DNA of 64,000 bases from Bdellovibrionales bacterium (GTDB lineage Bacteria; Bdellovibrionota; Bdellovibrionia; Bdellovibrionales; JAGQZY01). The stretch is from the NCBI GenBank assembly GCA_964230645.1, contig CAXRHT010000001.1, positions 160,001 to 224,000 of the forward strand, read 5' to 3'. Numbering within the stretch: position 1 is the stretch's first letter; the number at the start of each line of letters is the position of its first letter. Shown one piece after another: positions 40,178 to 50,231 of this stretch. The translations under genes were made by a program, and so were the position numbers. The notes beneath the pieces were generated by a model. That model was not told where the DNA came from and did no database searches. It saw only the letters and a program-made list of their open reading frames with translations.

Positions 40178-41851
40178 ATGCTTAGTTTGCAGAAAAGATA
40201 TTCATTTACCCTCTTTAGCTTTTGTTTTCTGCTCTTAGTTTTCCCTAAAACCTCTTTGGCTCTGAGTTGCCCGGAAAACCTTCCTAGTCTTAGTGAAAAG
40301 AGTTTCTATACACCGGGAGAGCAAAGATCCCTTCTTTGCTATCTGAAGGACGTTCTTGAAAATCGTCATTCAGGAAAAGTGTTTAATAATTTTCAAAGCC
40401 ATGTCGACTCTATATTCAACACTTGTGGAGAGACAATTGGCTCAAGTAACCTTGATCGAGTCCAAACCAATGGCCTCCTAAAGAAATGTCTTTCACATTT
40501 CCGGAACGGACATATCTCTGTCAACCTTAGAAACACTGTTAAGGTAAGACTCCCCTTTCAAGTTCTTTACACACAAGGAAAGTATCTCGTTAAGAGTGTG
40601 TTCCCCAGAGAAAGTTGCGTTTCGATGAACAGTTTGCAGCGAGGCGATGAAATCTTGATGATTGACGGCAAGCCCATTGAAGAATTCGTTACTGATCTCA
40701 AAACCTATCAGATCAATAGCTCCTCTCACGCTCAGGTGCAAAAAGCCGTCAGTGCTTTAACAACAAGAAACTATGCCTATCCAGAAACCTCTGTGGCTCA
40801 AATTCAGGTTAAAAGAGAGAGAGAGGTTATTGACCTTAGAGAAAATTACTACTTCTTTCGAGACGATTTTAGCGACGACCAATTGCAACCACTTGTCGAA
40901 AGATCCATAACCCAGTGTTACAGAGAACAGGATCAACCTCATCAGGGAAGAGGTTATTATTTTTCTCGCTCCCTTTACTCAACCTCATGGACAGCCTTTT
41001 CTGACTCTTCACGCGTAAAAGAGATCGCTTCATTTTCTAAAGGAGTGGAGGGACTCCCCATTAACTCCTGCTATTTAAAAATTAAAGATTTCAACCATAA
41101 TCAGGTTTTCTTGAACTCCTCAGGTGAAGAGACAGACTTATGGGATCAAATCGAAGTTGATATTGATCAGTGCAAATACGAGCAAAAAAAATTGATCTTG
41201 GATATTCGCTCAAATGTCGGAGGTGCTTATCAGCGCTTATCAAGGCTTCTCAATGTTCTTGTACCGGCTCATCTCAATAATGGTTCAGAGTATCGTTCCT
41301 TAAGAGTGCAGCACAGTTTTGCCGGCGAATTTAGCTGTGAGCTAGAATCCATCACAGAAAATTTTGAGGGACTAAACCTTGAGACTTTTTCCTCCTCCCT
41401 CTGTCGGACGCTTGATATTGAGCCCATGTGGCTTGAAGGCTATGCTCAAGAAATTCTAGTTCTAACCTCGCCTTTTTGCAAAAGCTCCTGCGATCTACTC
41501 ACTCGGACTTTAAAGAATCTTCCCAACACCACACTTTTAGGAACTCCTACAGAGGGTGCCTTTAACGGGGTGTCTTTTTATCAAAGGCAAGGCCTCGACA
41601 CACTCCCCTATTCCTCTTTTGTCTCACTCTATTTTGATGATGTGACCACCATGGTTCATGAGGATTTCAATCCCATTGATTCAAGTCTTTACTGCAACTC
41701 TGAAAATCGTCAATGCTTCCGCCCGCTGGAAGGAGAGGCCGTAACCCCTCATATAATTTATGAACCAAGCCTTGAAGACTTAACCCTTCGTCCTTTTGGA
41801 TCAGGACTAAGACAAAGAATCGAGGACATTATCTCGCCACTTCATCAATAG
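40178..41851 (+). CDS. S41-family peptidase with PDZ domain
   Basis: Signal peptide, GH, GDEILMIDG (PDZ), LILDIRSNVGG, C.SSCD, LLGTPT.G. Confidence 0.8.
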   Translation: MLSLQKRYSFTLFSFCFLLLVFPKTSLALSCPENLPSLSEKSFYTPGEQRSLLCYLKDVLENRHSGKVFNNFQSHVDSIFNTCGETIGSSNLDRVQTNGLLKKCLSHFRNGHISVNLRNTVKVRLPFQVLYTQGKYLVKSVFPRESCVSMNSLQRGDEILMIDGKPIEEFVTDLKTYQINSSSHAQVQKAVSALTTRNYAYPETSVAQIQVKREREVIDLRENYYFFRDDFSDDQLQPLVERSITQCYREQDQPHQGRGYYFSRSLYSTSWTAFSDSSRVKEIASFSKGVEGLPINSCYLKIKDFNHNQVFLNSSGEETDLWDQIEVDIDQCKYEQKKLILDIRSNVGGAYQRLSRLLNVLVPAHLNNGSEYRSLRVQHSFAGEFSCELESITENFEGLNLETFSSSLCRTLDIEPMWLEGYAQEILVLTSPFCKSSCDLLTRTLKNLPNTTLLGTPTEGAFNGVSFYQRQGLDTLPYSSFVSLYFDDVTTMVHEDFNPIDSSLYCNSENRQCFRPLEGEAVTPHIIYEPSLEDLTLRPFGSGLRQRIEDIISPLHQ

Positions 41852-42716
41852 TAGAGCTTTCTTGAGCCTCGGGACTATTTCTAAACCGATTGTGGCAACC
41901 TACAAGTTCAATGACATGATTACAAAAGGCTCTCATAGGCTGGGAGGGATACTCCTGCTCAGGCATATTGCATTCCTCTTGAAATAGAGGTCTCATTTCG
42001 TGTAAACATTTGGCTTGATCGAGCCCCCTTTGTTCAGGGGGAAGAATCGGCTCAGAACCGAAATACTCGAAAGTTCGAGTCTCCTCAAAGGCCACTCCCT
42101 GCCCTAACTCTTGCTCACAAGCGGACCTCAAGGCTTCAAAGCGTTGCAACTTGTCCTTAATGCAATAAGCTTGACGCTCTTGCCAGGTTTCGTTTCTATC
42201 AAAAGCGGCTCTCATCCAATTAGAAAGTCCCCAAATGATTCCAATAATTCCGCCCGTTCCATTGGGATCAAGAGCAAAGGCTTTTGTAAAAACAAGATGA
42301 GAGGGCTCGGTGGCTTTGGCATTTTGAAATCCGAGGATATTGTCGATTTTTCCTTTATTGGGAAGACTATAGGTACGACCATTAATATTTAACTTGGTAT
42401 GGGACTTGTTAGCCTTTTCAAAATAAACCACATATTTTTTATTTCTGGTTTGAATATGAATCTTAGCTTTGATGAGTTTGATTTTTTCTTTTTTAATCGA
42501 CTTTAAAAATGAAATTGTTTTTTGAGCGTTAATTGGAGACATGACCAAAAGAAAAGACTTTTGAATATCTTTGAAATCTATTGGCTTCGTCATTTTTTCA
42601 TAGACCATATTTGTCATGACAAAAGACGACAGTGCCGGCATGGGCTTTTTATTTTTATCGCTCGCCTGAGTTGTTAGAGAAAATACCGTAAACGAGGATA
42701 GCAATATCTTTACCAT
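41829..42716 (-). CDS. Hypothetical exported protein
   Basis: 295-aa ORF, signal peptide, Cys-containing C-terminus. Confidence 0.7.
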   Translation of the reverse strand: MVKILLSSFTVFSLTTQASDKNKKPMPALSSFVMTNMVYEKMTKPIDFKDIQKSFLLVMSPINAQKTISFLKSIKKEKIKLIKAKIHIQTRNKKYVVYFEKANKSHTKLNINGRTYSLPNKGKIDNILGFQNAKATEPSHLVFTKAFALDPNGTGGIIGIIWGLSNWMRAAFDRNETWQERQAYCIKDKLQRFEALRSACEQELGQGVAFEETRTFEYFGSEPILPPEQRGLDQAKCLHEMRPLFQEECNMPEQEYPSQPMRAFCNHVIELVGCHNRFRNSPEAQESSTIDEVAR

Positions 42717-43030
42717 GGCTTTATGATAGACCCTCCATTGTCAGCAGATACTAAAAGTTCACAGAACTAGACGTAAAGCGGGATATCATGATCCCTCCAA
42801 TTCGCATCCAAAAGGGTTCTCCTTTTTGTTTATTGATTCAATCTGATACACTTGAGCAGAAGTGTACGACTGTATAGAAATTAGTGTTTCAATAGGATAT
42901 GCTATTTAGCCTTTAAACCTCAGCCGTTAACCAAGTGGTTTGAAGGTATTAATTTTGGATTTTTCTAGATCATTCTATCTGGAATCATCCTTGCACCTTA
43001 AGAGGGTGGTATGGATCATGAGGGGGCATT

Positions 43031-45385
43031 TTGATACGCAAACGAATTTCTTTCATCTTATCTCTATTAACTGTTAGCGCCGTGTTTGGATTTCAAAGTT
43101 GTGGACCAGGGTTTTCTGGAAGTGACTTGGACATCGGAGCACAATTTAACTCTTCAGCCCTTCTGAATAGCGCTGACATTAAAGGAAATCTTTACCTAGA
43201 GGGACGTAGACTTTCTGGGGTTGTTTGTTCCAATGACCACTATGTCGAATTGGAAGTCGGAGCTGGTTCTAATAAAAAAAATATCCAACCAGCCCTCACC
43301 TTCACCGGAAGTGATCTTAAAAAGCAAAACCGTTTTATCAGTAAAGAATGTCAGAATATGACTCACCTGAGTTTTTTCAGTGCCAATCTTCCCAATTCAC
43401 TTAAAAATACTAAGAATTGGAAGGTAATTGGTCAGCATAGTGCCATGTCTTTTGAACCGATCTTACTCAACAGCAAGGGACGCAATTATGGAATTCTTTA
43501 CCACACCTGGCACTGCCCGGTTTCCGAAGAATTTGATCCTGATCATGTTTACGATGTTGAAAAAATCCTGAAAGGACAAGGAGACTGGGGACCTTTAAAC
43601 TGGCCTCATTGGGTGGGAAAACCATTTGACGGTTACTACTGCTTAAAGAACCGACCCGAGATCATTAAAAAGCACGCCATCCAATTAGTGAATGCTGGAA
43701 TTGACTATATTTATATCGATATCACCAATTGGCCTTACGCCTACAATGACGATGGAGGCTACGATCAGGAATTTAAAGATAAAATCCATGATCCTCTTAT
43801 GAAGCTTCTACAAGTCTACAGGCAACTCCAGGCATCAGGAATCGCCGTTCCTAAAGTTGTTCCCTGGATTGGAGCCACCAATTACCAAAAGAAAAGGGAC
43901 ATTCGTTACAAGAATTCCGTGGTCAAATGGGCCCGTGAGGTCTTCCATCCACAATCTGCTGGTGTAAGGTTTCACGACGGTTCTAAGCCCTTTCTCTTTT
44001 ATAAAGTGGCCAATGGCCACTACAATTACCCTGATGTTAAACCCATGATTGATCAGCTAAGAGACAAATTCTACCCCATTCCGAAATGGGCTCAAGTGGA
44101 ACACTTTGCTAAAAGTCCGCAAAAACCTTTTGAAGGCCTTAATAAAAGAGGTGTGTGGAGCTATCTTGAACCCTGTAAAGTGGATGGGAACCACAACATT
44201 GTAAAAGGCTGTAAGCAAAGACGAGCCGGCAACCAGGCTTCCGTCGCTCCTGCCTATCAACACAGTCATATGCTTCATCCCTTAGCTCAAGGTAAAAATA
44301 ATGGCATTACCCTTTATCATCAGTTCCAAGGGGCCATGAAAAATGGAATCCGTTTTGTGTCCATTGCGAGCTGGAACGAGTGGTTGGGTAGAAAATCGTG
44401 CAAAAGCATTCCTCACTCAGGGAATGCCCCGCTTTTTATTGAGCATGATGATATCTCGGACTACTTTAACTACCGCTGTCGGCAAGGCGCTGAGGAGACT
44501 GTCACTTATCAAGGAAAACAGTATCCTTTCTTTGCTGATGCGTTCAACTATAACCGTTCACGAGGCCTTGAGCCCAATAGAAAGTTCTCTGACTGCTACT
44601 ATCAGTTGATGAGACATATGATTCATGCTGATAAAATGGGACAAGGAGACCTCTCTCCTAAGGAAAAACAATCGTTTGCTAAAAATTGTGGATTTAAAAA
44701 CTTACGGTCTCCTTCTAGCTACACCCCAGTGGAACTTCCAGAAGCCAAACCGGTGAAGACGAATCCACAACCTAAGAAACCTACGCCTAAGAAGCCTACA
44801 CCTAAGAAGCCTACACCTAAGAAACCTACGCCTAAGAAGCCTACACCTAAGAAGCCTACACCTAAGAAACCTACGCCTAAGAAACCTACACCTAAGAAGC
44901 CTACACCTAAGAAACCTACACCTAAGAAACCTACACCTAAGAAACCTACACCTAAGAAACCTACACCTAAGAAACCTACACCTAAAAGTCCAAATCCCGC
45001 TCCTAAAAAGGTTTCCTACGGTCCTGTCGTTGGTAGTATCGCTAGTGTGGCAAAACTTAAAGATGGGAGAGTTCGAATCAAAGGTTGGGCTTGTCAAAAA
45101 GGCGTGGATAAGTCGATCGCTGTTCATATCTATGTGGGCAATCCTTATCGGTCAAAAAATAGTGGTGACTTTTTCGGAAAGGCTCTCACTCGCGATCGAT
45201 CAGAAAAGGCCGTGCATGACGAATGTAAAACCAAAGGGTCTGTCACTCACCGATTTGACCTCATTTTCTCTGAAAAGAAGAGAGTACGATTTAAAGGGAA
45301 AAAGGTTTATATGTACGGTATCCGAGAGAAAGGCTCCGTTACAAATTCCAGCCTCAATCGTTCGGGTCAATTTAGAATTCCCTAA
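43031..45385 (+). CDS. Lipoprotein with GH99/GH71-like domain, (PKKPT)14 linker and C-terminal beta domain
   Basis: Lipobox FQSC; YHTWH, HA..L..AGIDYI.ID.TNW, SWNEW, SR.LEP; C-terminal I.GWAC domain. Confidence 0.7.
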   Translation: MIRKRISFILSLLTVSAVFGFQSCGPGFSGSDLDIGAQFNSSALLNSADIKGNLYLEGRRLSGVVCSNDHYVELEVGAGSNKKNIQPALTFTGSDLKKQNRFISKECQNMTHLSFFSANLPNSLKNTKNWKVIGQHSAMSFEPILLNSKGRNYGILYHTWHCPVSEEFDPDHVYDVEKILKGQGDWGPLNWPHWVGKPFDGYYCLKNRPEIIKKHAIQLVNAGIDYIYIDITNWPYAYNDDGGYDQEFKDKIHDPLMKLLQVYRQLQASGIAVPKVVPWIGATNYQKKRDIRYKNSVVKWAREVFHPQSAGVRFHDGSKPFLFYKVANGHYNYPDVKPMIDQLRDKFYPIPKWAQVEHFAKSPQKPFEGLNKRGVWSYLEPCKVDGNHNIVKGCKQRRAGNQASVAPAYQHSHMLHPLAQGKNNGITLYHQFQGAMKNGIRFVSIASWNEWLGRKSCKSIPHSGNAPLFIEHDDISDYFNYRCRQGAEETVTYQGKQYPFFADAFNYNRSRGLEPNRKFSDCYYQLMRHMIHADKMGQGDLSPKEKQSFAKNCGFKNLRSPSSYTPVELPEAKPVKTNPQPKKPTPKKPTPKKPTPKKPTPKKPTPKKPTPKKPTPKKPTPKKPTPKKPTPKKPTPKKPTPKKPTPKKPTPKSPNPAPKKVSYGPVVGSIASVAKLKDGRVRIKGWACQKGVDKSIAVHIYVGNPYRSKNSGDFFGKALTRDRSEKAVHDECKTKGSVTHRFDLIFSEKKRVRFKGKKVYMYGIREKGSVTNSSLNRSGQFRIP
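44771..44980 (+). repeat. Coding tandem repeat, 14 x 15 bp (CCTAAGAARCCTACR)
   Basis: Direct count of units; encodes PKKPT x14. Confidence 0.97.
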
Positions 45386-45454
45386 ACGACCAGTCATCCA
45401 GACTCCTTGCTTTATAGGAAGTCACAAGTATAGACTTCAAGCAAGGAGACTCAA

Positions 45455-45877
45455 ATGCTAGAAAAAGACAAGGTTCTCGCCTACACTCTTCTTCGACTTA
45501 CAATGGGTGTGAACATGCTAGGACATGGGATCGTTCGAATCCCAAAAATTTTTGGTTTTAGAGATTGGATGCTGGAAGTCTTTTCCAGTTCCCTACTTCC
45601 CGACTTTCTCGTAGACCTATTCGGTCTCAGTTTACCATTTTTAGAACTAGGACTGGGTGTACTTTTAGTTTTAGGACTTTTTACTCGGCAAGCTCTGCAT
45701 TTTGGGGCTTTATTAATCCTCGCCCTTATTTTTGGGTCTTGCTTGGTTGAGAAGTGGGATTGGGTCGCCTTTCAAATGATCTACGCCCTTTTCTATTTCA
45801 CTTTGTCACTTTTTATCGATTTGAATCAAATTTCTCTAGACAACCAAATACTTAAAAAAACAAAAGGGAACCTTTAG
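45455..45877 (+). CDS. DoxX-family membrane protein
   Basis: LLRL.MG.N...HG, LP..E..LG.LL.LGL.TR; AAGGAG SD. Confidence 0.85.
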   Translation: MLEKDKVLAYTLLRLTMGVNMLGHGIVRIPKIFGFRDWMLEVFSSSLLPDFLVDLFGLSLPFLELGLGVLLVLGLFTRQALHFGALLILALIFGSCLVEKWDWVAFQMIYALFYFTLSLFIDLNQISLDNQILKKTKGNL

Positions 45878-45886
45878 TTCCCTTTT
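45862..45886. terminator. Bidirectional intrinsic terminator
   Basis: AAAAGGGAAC/GTTCCCTTTT inverted repeat between convergent genes. Confidence 0.7.
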
Positions 45887-45959
45887 ACCAACTGGCCGCC
45901 AAACCACTCGAATTTTTATTAAAGTCCCATGAAATCAAGCAGCCGACATTTTGTTTTTA

Positions 45960-46787
45960 TTAATAGGCCTGTAAATATTCGTTCGGGATTGAACTATTAA
46001 CTATCACTCTCACAGTGGAGCGATTGGCAAGAACTCCGGAACGCCTTCCTCCGATTTCCCTCATTAACCCATTTAGTTTTTCAGCCACTGAGAGGCGTGT
46101 GCGTATACAACCAGCCGAGGCTCGGGAACCGAGGTATTTGTAATTGCCTGTGCTCGTTGCGTGAATAAAAATATTTCCATGAATTTGCATGGCGTAATAA
46201 AGAGCGGCTCCAGAATAGAGGCTTGAGACTCTATTTCTTCCGGCTAACTCTTCGACATTGAAAAATCCATTGGGTGTGATTTTACCAGAACGAGCGGTTG
46301 ATACATAGGCCCAAAGCGATCCACCGAAGTCCATTTGCATACCGTTACGGAAAGCATAAAGACGTTGGGAACTCTTTGAAACCATGATGCAAAGAGGACG
46401 ACTGAGGCAGTCCATATACTGGGCATGCCCAACGGATCTTTGAATTCGAGCCGCATTGTAAATTTTTTCCTTATCGAAATCCTCCATCGCCTCTTCATCC
46501 AGACCATAAAACCAGGCGATTTCCTCACTGTCTAACTTTTCTAGAACATCGTCACCGGCAAGATTTTTATTCTCTCCAAGGAGAGCCTGGTAGGCTTTCT
46601 TTTGCGCCGGGCTCAATTCTTCATCGTCCATTACCTGCTGCAAGAATTTTGCACGCTCATCGGGATGACTTTTGAAATATTCATAGGGCGAATTTTCCCC
46701 AAAGGTTAGACTTTCTGCTTCAGCGAACAGACTGATAGACATTAGAGACATGACTAGCATTAATACACGAAAACTTTTTACGATCAT
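45960..46787 (-). CDS. L,D-transpeptidase (YkuD family)
   Basis: Signal peptide; VST....TP.G.F; IHAT...LG..ASAGCIR. Confidence 0.88.
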   Translation of the reverse strand: MIVKSFRVLMLVMSLMSISLFAEAESLTFGENSPYEYFKSHPDERAKFLQQVMDDEELSPAQKKAYQALLGENKNLAGDDVLEKLDSEEIAWFYGLDEEAMEDFDKEKIYNAARIQRSVGHAQYMDCLSRPLCIMVSKSSQRLYAFRNGMQMDFGGSLWAYVSTARSGKITPNGFFNVEELAGRNRVSSLYSGAALYYAMQIHGNIFIHATSTGNYKYLGSRASAGCIRTRLSVAEKLNGLMREIGGRRSGVLANRSTVRVIVNSSIPNEYLQAY

Positions 46788-47053
46788 TGACCCTCCCAGG
46801 ACTCAAATTAAAAAATGTCAATTTGTTACTGAGAGGTAAAACTACTCGATATTCAGGCGAATAATGAGATCTTTTTCTCAATACTGAATTGTTTTCCTCG
46901 ATTGTATTTTTTATATAAATAAGCAAAAAAGAAGCGAGCTCGAAAGATCAAAATTTTTCGGAGAATTGGGGCGGAAAAATGTCTGTAAACCCCTGAACTT
47001 TGGCCTTTGGATTCTGAATTAAATTCGAAGGTTTTTAAGAAACGAGAGGAAGT

Positions 47054-47242
47054 CTAATTTCCTTCACTCGAACTTTGGTAATCGAGGTTTTTCTCCCGAT
47101 CTTTGCCCGCAGAGTTTTCCTCTTCATCCCCTTGCAAATTTCTTTTGTCGACATCCTCTTTAAGTCCACCATTTTCTCTGGCTTGAACGTCTTCTGAGCT
47201 ATTGCCTGCTTCTGAGGGCGATGCTTTCGTACTGTCATTCAT
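47054..47242 (-). CDS. Small acidic hydrophilic hypothetical protein
   Basis: ORF MNDSTKASPSEAG... downstream of trpS with an AAGGCGG SD-like sequence. Confidence 0.4.
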   Translation of the reverse strand: MNDSTKASPSEAGNSSEDVQARENGGLKEDVDKRNLQGDEEENSAGKDREKNLDYQSSSEGN

Positions 47243-47338
47243 ATTAAATCCGCCTTGGTTTCTCATTTATCACAGTAGTATAGCAACAAACGGACCTCTA
47301 CGGCCTCTAACGAATATGCACAAATTGTGAAAGATTCA

Positions 47339-48358
47339 TCAAAAAGTGACTAGACCCAGGGCCTCATAGGTTTTCTTGCGCGTCTCAATAGCAACACTAC
47401 GAGCTCTCTCGGCATTGGTTTTCATGATATTTTTGAGATGATCAGGGTTTTCCATAAGATCTTGATACTTTTCCTGAACCGGAGCGAAGGTATCGCAAAC
47501 AAGATCGGCCAGTGCTACCTTCAGATGACCATACATTTTACCTTCGAACTCTTTTTCGATTTGATCCATCGTTTGCCCGCTTAGGACAGAATAGATTGTC
47601 ATCAAATTAGCCAGCCCCTTTTTATTTTCCTCATCATATTTGATGACCGCATTGGGATCAGAGTCCGTCACGGCCGCTTTAATTTTCTTTTGGATTTTTT
47701 TAGGGGGATCAATGATCGAAACAAAAGCCTTAGGGTTCTCATCGGATTTTGACATTTTTTTATCAGGGTCTTGCAACGACATGATACGAGCCCCGGATTT
47801 TCCTATAAAAGGTTCTGGAACTGTGAAAATAGGGTTTGCCTCGCTCGCGTATCGCTTATTAAACGAGAGAGCCAGATCACGAGTGAGTTCAAGATGTTGT
47901 TTCTGGTCGGCACCCACAGGCACGAGGTCGGCTTGGTAGAGTAAAATGTCGGCGGCCATTAATACCGGGTAGGTATAAAGACCGTTATTGATTTCTTTGG
48001 TTCGCTCTGATTTTTCTTTGAACTGGGTCATTCGGTTCAGAGCTCCCATGGGGGTGATACAGTTAAGGGCCCAGCAGAGTTCTGCATGCTCAGGCACATG
48101 AGACTGAACAAAGACCACATTGCGATCAGGATCTAAACCACAGGCTAGGTACTGAGCAAAAAAACTCAGCACTCTTTTCTGCAATTCTTCCGGGCGTTGA
48201 AATACGGTCAGCGAGTGCAGGTCAGCCACCATATAAAAGCAATCGTACTGCTCTTGCATGGGTTTCCAATTGTTGATCGCACCGACGTAGTTACCTAAGG
48301 TAAGGTCACCGGTTGTCGTACTAGCACTCAAAACTTTCTTTTTTTTCGTCATAGACAA
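47339..48358 (-). CDS. trpS: Tryptophan--tRNA ligase
   Basis: TLGNY, YPVLMAADIL, VPVG.DQ.QH.E, KMSKS. Confidence 0.97.
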   Translation of the reverse strand: MSMTKKKKVLSASTTTGDLTLGNYVGAINNWKPMQEQYDCFYMVADLHSLTVFQRPEELQKRVLSFFAQYLACGLDPDRNVVFVQSHVPEHAELCWALNCITPMGALNRMTQFKEKSERTKEINNGLYTYPVLMAADILLYQADLVPVGADQKQHLELTRDLALSFNKRYASEANPIFTVPEPFIGKSGARIMSLQDPDKKMSKSDENPKAFVSIIDPPKKIQKKIKAAVTDSDPNAVIKYDEENKKGLANLMTIYSVLSGQTMDQIEKEFEGKMYGHLKVALADLVCDTFAPVQEKYQDLMENPDHLKNIMKTNAERARSVAIETRKKTYEALGLVTF

Positions 48359-48390
48359 TTCTTAGCTTAAAACCGCCAAACAGGCAAAGG

Positions 48391-49905
48391 CTACATTTTC
48401 TGACCAGACTCAAAAACGGGATGAAGCTCCCCCCCAGGCTCAGCGGGATGAGAGATTTTAAGCCACAGGTCACTCTCCCCTTTCACCATTCGCACTCGCC
48501 ATTTATTTTTAGAAAAATCCAAGGGTGTCGGTAATGGGTGAGGTTCTAAATTCTTCCCCTGGCCGTCAAACTTCACAATTTCAGAGATTTTATGACTTTT
48601 GTAGCGAGGACCTAATATGTTTTTACTTTTCTTGTCAAAATGAAGGCCCACTAGAGAGTAGCCCACTTTTTTAGCAAAAACGCGCCAGTTCTCAGTGACC
48701 ACATTGTAGACGTAGATCTCCCCTCCGCGATCTTCGTTATAAAGATAAATTTCACTACGATAGGGGTTAAATGTCATAGCCGTTGGCCACCGGAGGGCAG
48801 GAATTGTCAATGGAGCATGGATGGGAGTGAAATCATTTTTTTCTTTATTCCATGTTCCGAATTGAAAATTTCGAATCACAAAAAGTTTGTCTGAACCCTT
48901 ATCATAGTGGGCCTGCATGGTTTTTTCAGGCAGAGGAAAAGTTTTCACTTGGCCATCTTGTTTCAATTGGTAGTGATCGGCTAAAAGAGTTTTACCTTGC
49001 CTTTTCCAGTGGATGCCATTGGCAAATCGGGAGTCATCCACAGTGGAGCTTAATCCTCGCTCGATACTCTCAGGCTCTTGATTGGGAATATCTAAAAAGG
49101 GCACCTTAAAATAGCGTCCCACTTCCTTGCCCTGGAAACTCGAAATACTCTTTCCTGTGTATTCTTTCAATGCCAAAGCCAGGCGACGAAACTCGTTTTC
49201 AGAATTCCCTAGCTCTTCCCAAGCAATGGGATAAGCGCAGAGTTGATCTTTGGTAAAATAGGTCACCTTGGTTTCTTTAGAAAGACCATCAATCCACACA
49301 AGCTCTGGTCCGATCACAATCACTTCTTTCACATTCGATAAAGCTTGATCCTTCCAATTTTCGGGTAACTCTTTGTTTCGATCAAGGACCACAGAAATAT
49401 CTTCGACGACTTGAGACTCTTCGGGAGGAGTGACCAGGGGTTCCGTCATCGAGACATGAGGAGGTACAAACTCTAGATTCCATTGCAGCATAGTTTGGCT
49501 AATTAAAACCAAGGTGGTTGGATACTTAAAGGACTCTAACTGAATATCGACGAAATGGCCTGGTTCGACTTTGCCATTTTCCATAAAACTGGGGCGAGGT
49601 CGCGCGACAGAAACCACATGCAGTTTCTCAAACTTTTGCTCTGGGTTAACCCATAAAGATTCTGGACAATTTTTTTGTGACTGGCAGAGAGAATCTTTAT
49701 TAACAGCGCTTTTAGGAATGGACCAATAAGCTTCATCGGTGTTGTGATCACCACACGCAAAGCTTACCTGCGCCTCGTTATCTTCCATTCTTTTTTCAGC
49801 CTGGTAAAAAAGGCTTTTAAGGAAGAGCAGCATTCCGAGCTGCACACACATTAGAAAGATAAAAATATTGAAACACCATTTAAACCATTTATCAGAACCA
49901 ATCAT
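48391..49905 (-). CDS. Hypothetical membrane-anchored protein with propeller-like C-terminus
   Basis: 504-aa ORF with an N-terminal TM helix. Confidence 0.75.
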   Translation of the reverse strand: MIGSDKWFKWCFNIFIFLMCVQLGMLLFLKSLFYQAEKRMEDNEAQVSFACGDHNTDEAYWSIPKSAVNKDSLCQSQKNCPESLWVNPEQKFEKLHVVSVARPRPSFMENGKVEPGHFVDIQLESFKYPTTLVLISQTMLQWNLEFVPPHVSMTEPLVTPPEESQVVEDISVVLDRNKELPENWKDQALSNVKEVIVIGPELVWIDGLSKETKVTYFTKDQLCAYPIAWEELGNSENEFRRLALALKEYTGKSISSFQGKEVGRYFKVPFLDIPNQEPESIERGLSSTVDDSRFANGIHWKRQGKTLLADHYQLKQDGQVKTFPLPEKTMQAHYDKGSDKLFVIRNFQFGTWNKEKNDFTPIHAPLTIPALRWPTAMTFNPYRSEIYLYNEDRGGEIYVYNVVTENWRVFAKKVGYSLVGLHFDKKSKNILGPRYKSHKISEIVKFDGQGKNLEPHPLPTPLDFSKNKWRVRMVKGESDLWLKISHPAEPGGELHPVFESGQKM

Positions 49906-49911
49906 ATGTTC

Positions 49912-49938
49912 TTATCGGTGTTTTGCCAAAAAAACTTA
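49912..49938 (-). promoter_or_regulatory. Putative sigma28 (FliA)-type promoter
   Basis: TAAG-N15-ACCGATAA on the minus strand, ending 6 nt before ATG 49905. Confidence 0.55.
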
Positions 49939-50181
49939 CTTATTAAAGAATAAAAACGCCTAAAAAACAGGCTGACCAAGGGTTAGGTCTGCTGTCACTT
50001 TCTTAACTGAGAAATTACAGTGCAAAAAAAGAGAGCAAAGCTTAAAAGTAAAGTTTCAACATCGAGCAAAAAAACCTGCCTACACACTGTACATCGGTCC
50101 AGAATAAACCACATATTCAGCACATAAAGGCTGACAGGTATTTAAATTCCATGAAATTCACTCGACCCGAATAAAACCTGT

Positions 50182-50210
50182 TTGACAGCCCTGGGGGTTA
50201 GCACTACCGT
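50182..50210 (+). promoter_or_regulatory. Putative sigma70 promoter of nrdAB
   Basis: TTGACA-N17-TACCGT. Confidence 0.55.
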
Positions 50211-50231
50211 CTTTAGACAGGGATACACATC

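Noticed and set aside
44771..44980. Possible CRISPR array
   Set aside because: Contiguous 15-bp units with no spacers, inside a CDS, and no cas genes.
44702..45127. Minus-strand ORF with RFLRC repeats
   Set aside because: Antisense shadow of the PKKPT repeat; variation is synonymous in the plus frame.
37083..46800. Integrated prophage or ICE at tRNA-Gly
   Set aside because: No integrase, phage or conjugation genes; the only att-like repeat seen is 161 bp from the tRNA.
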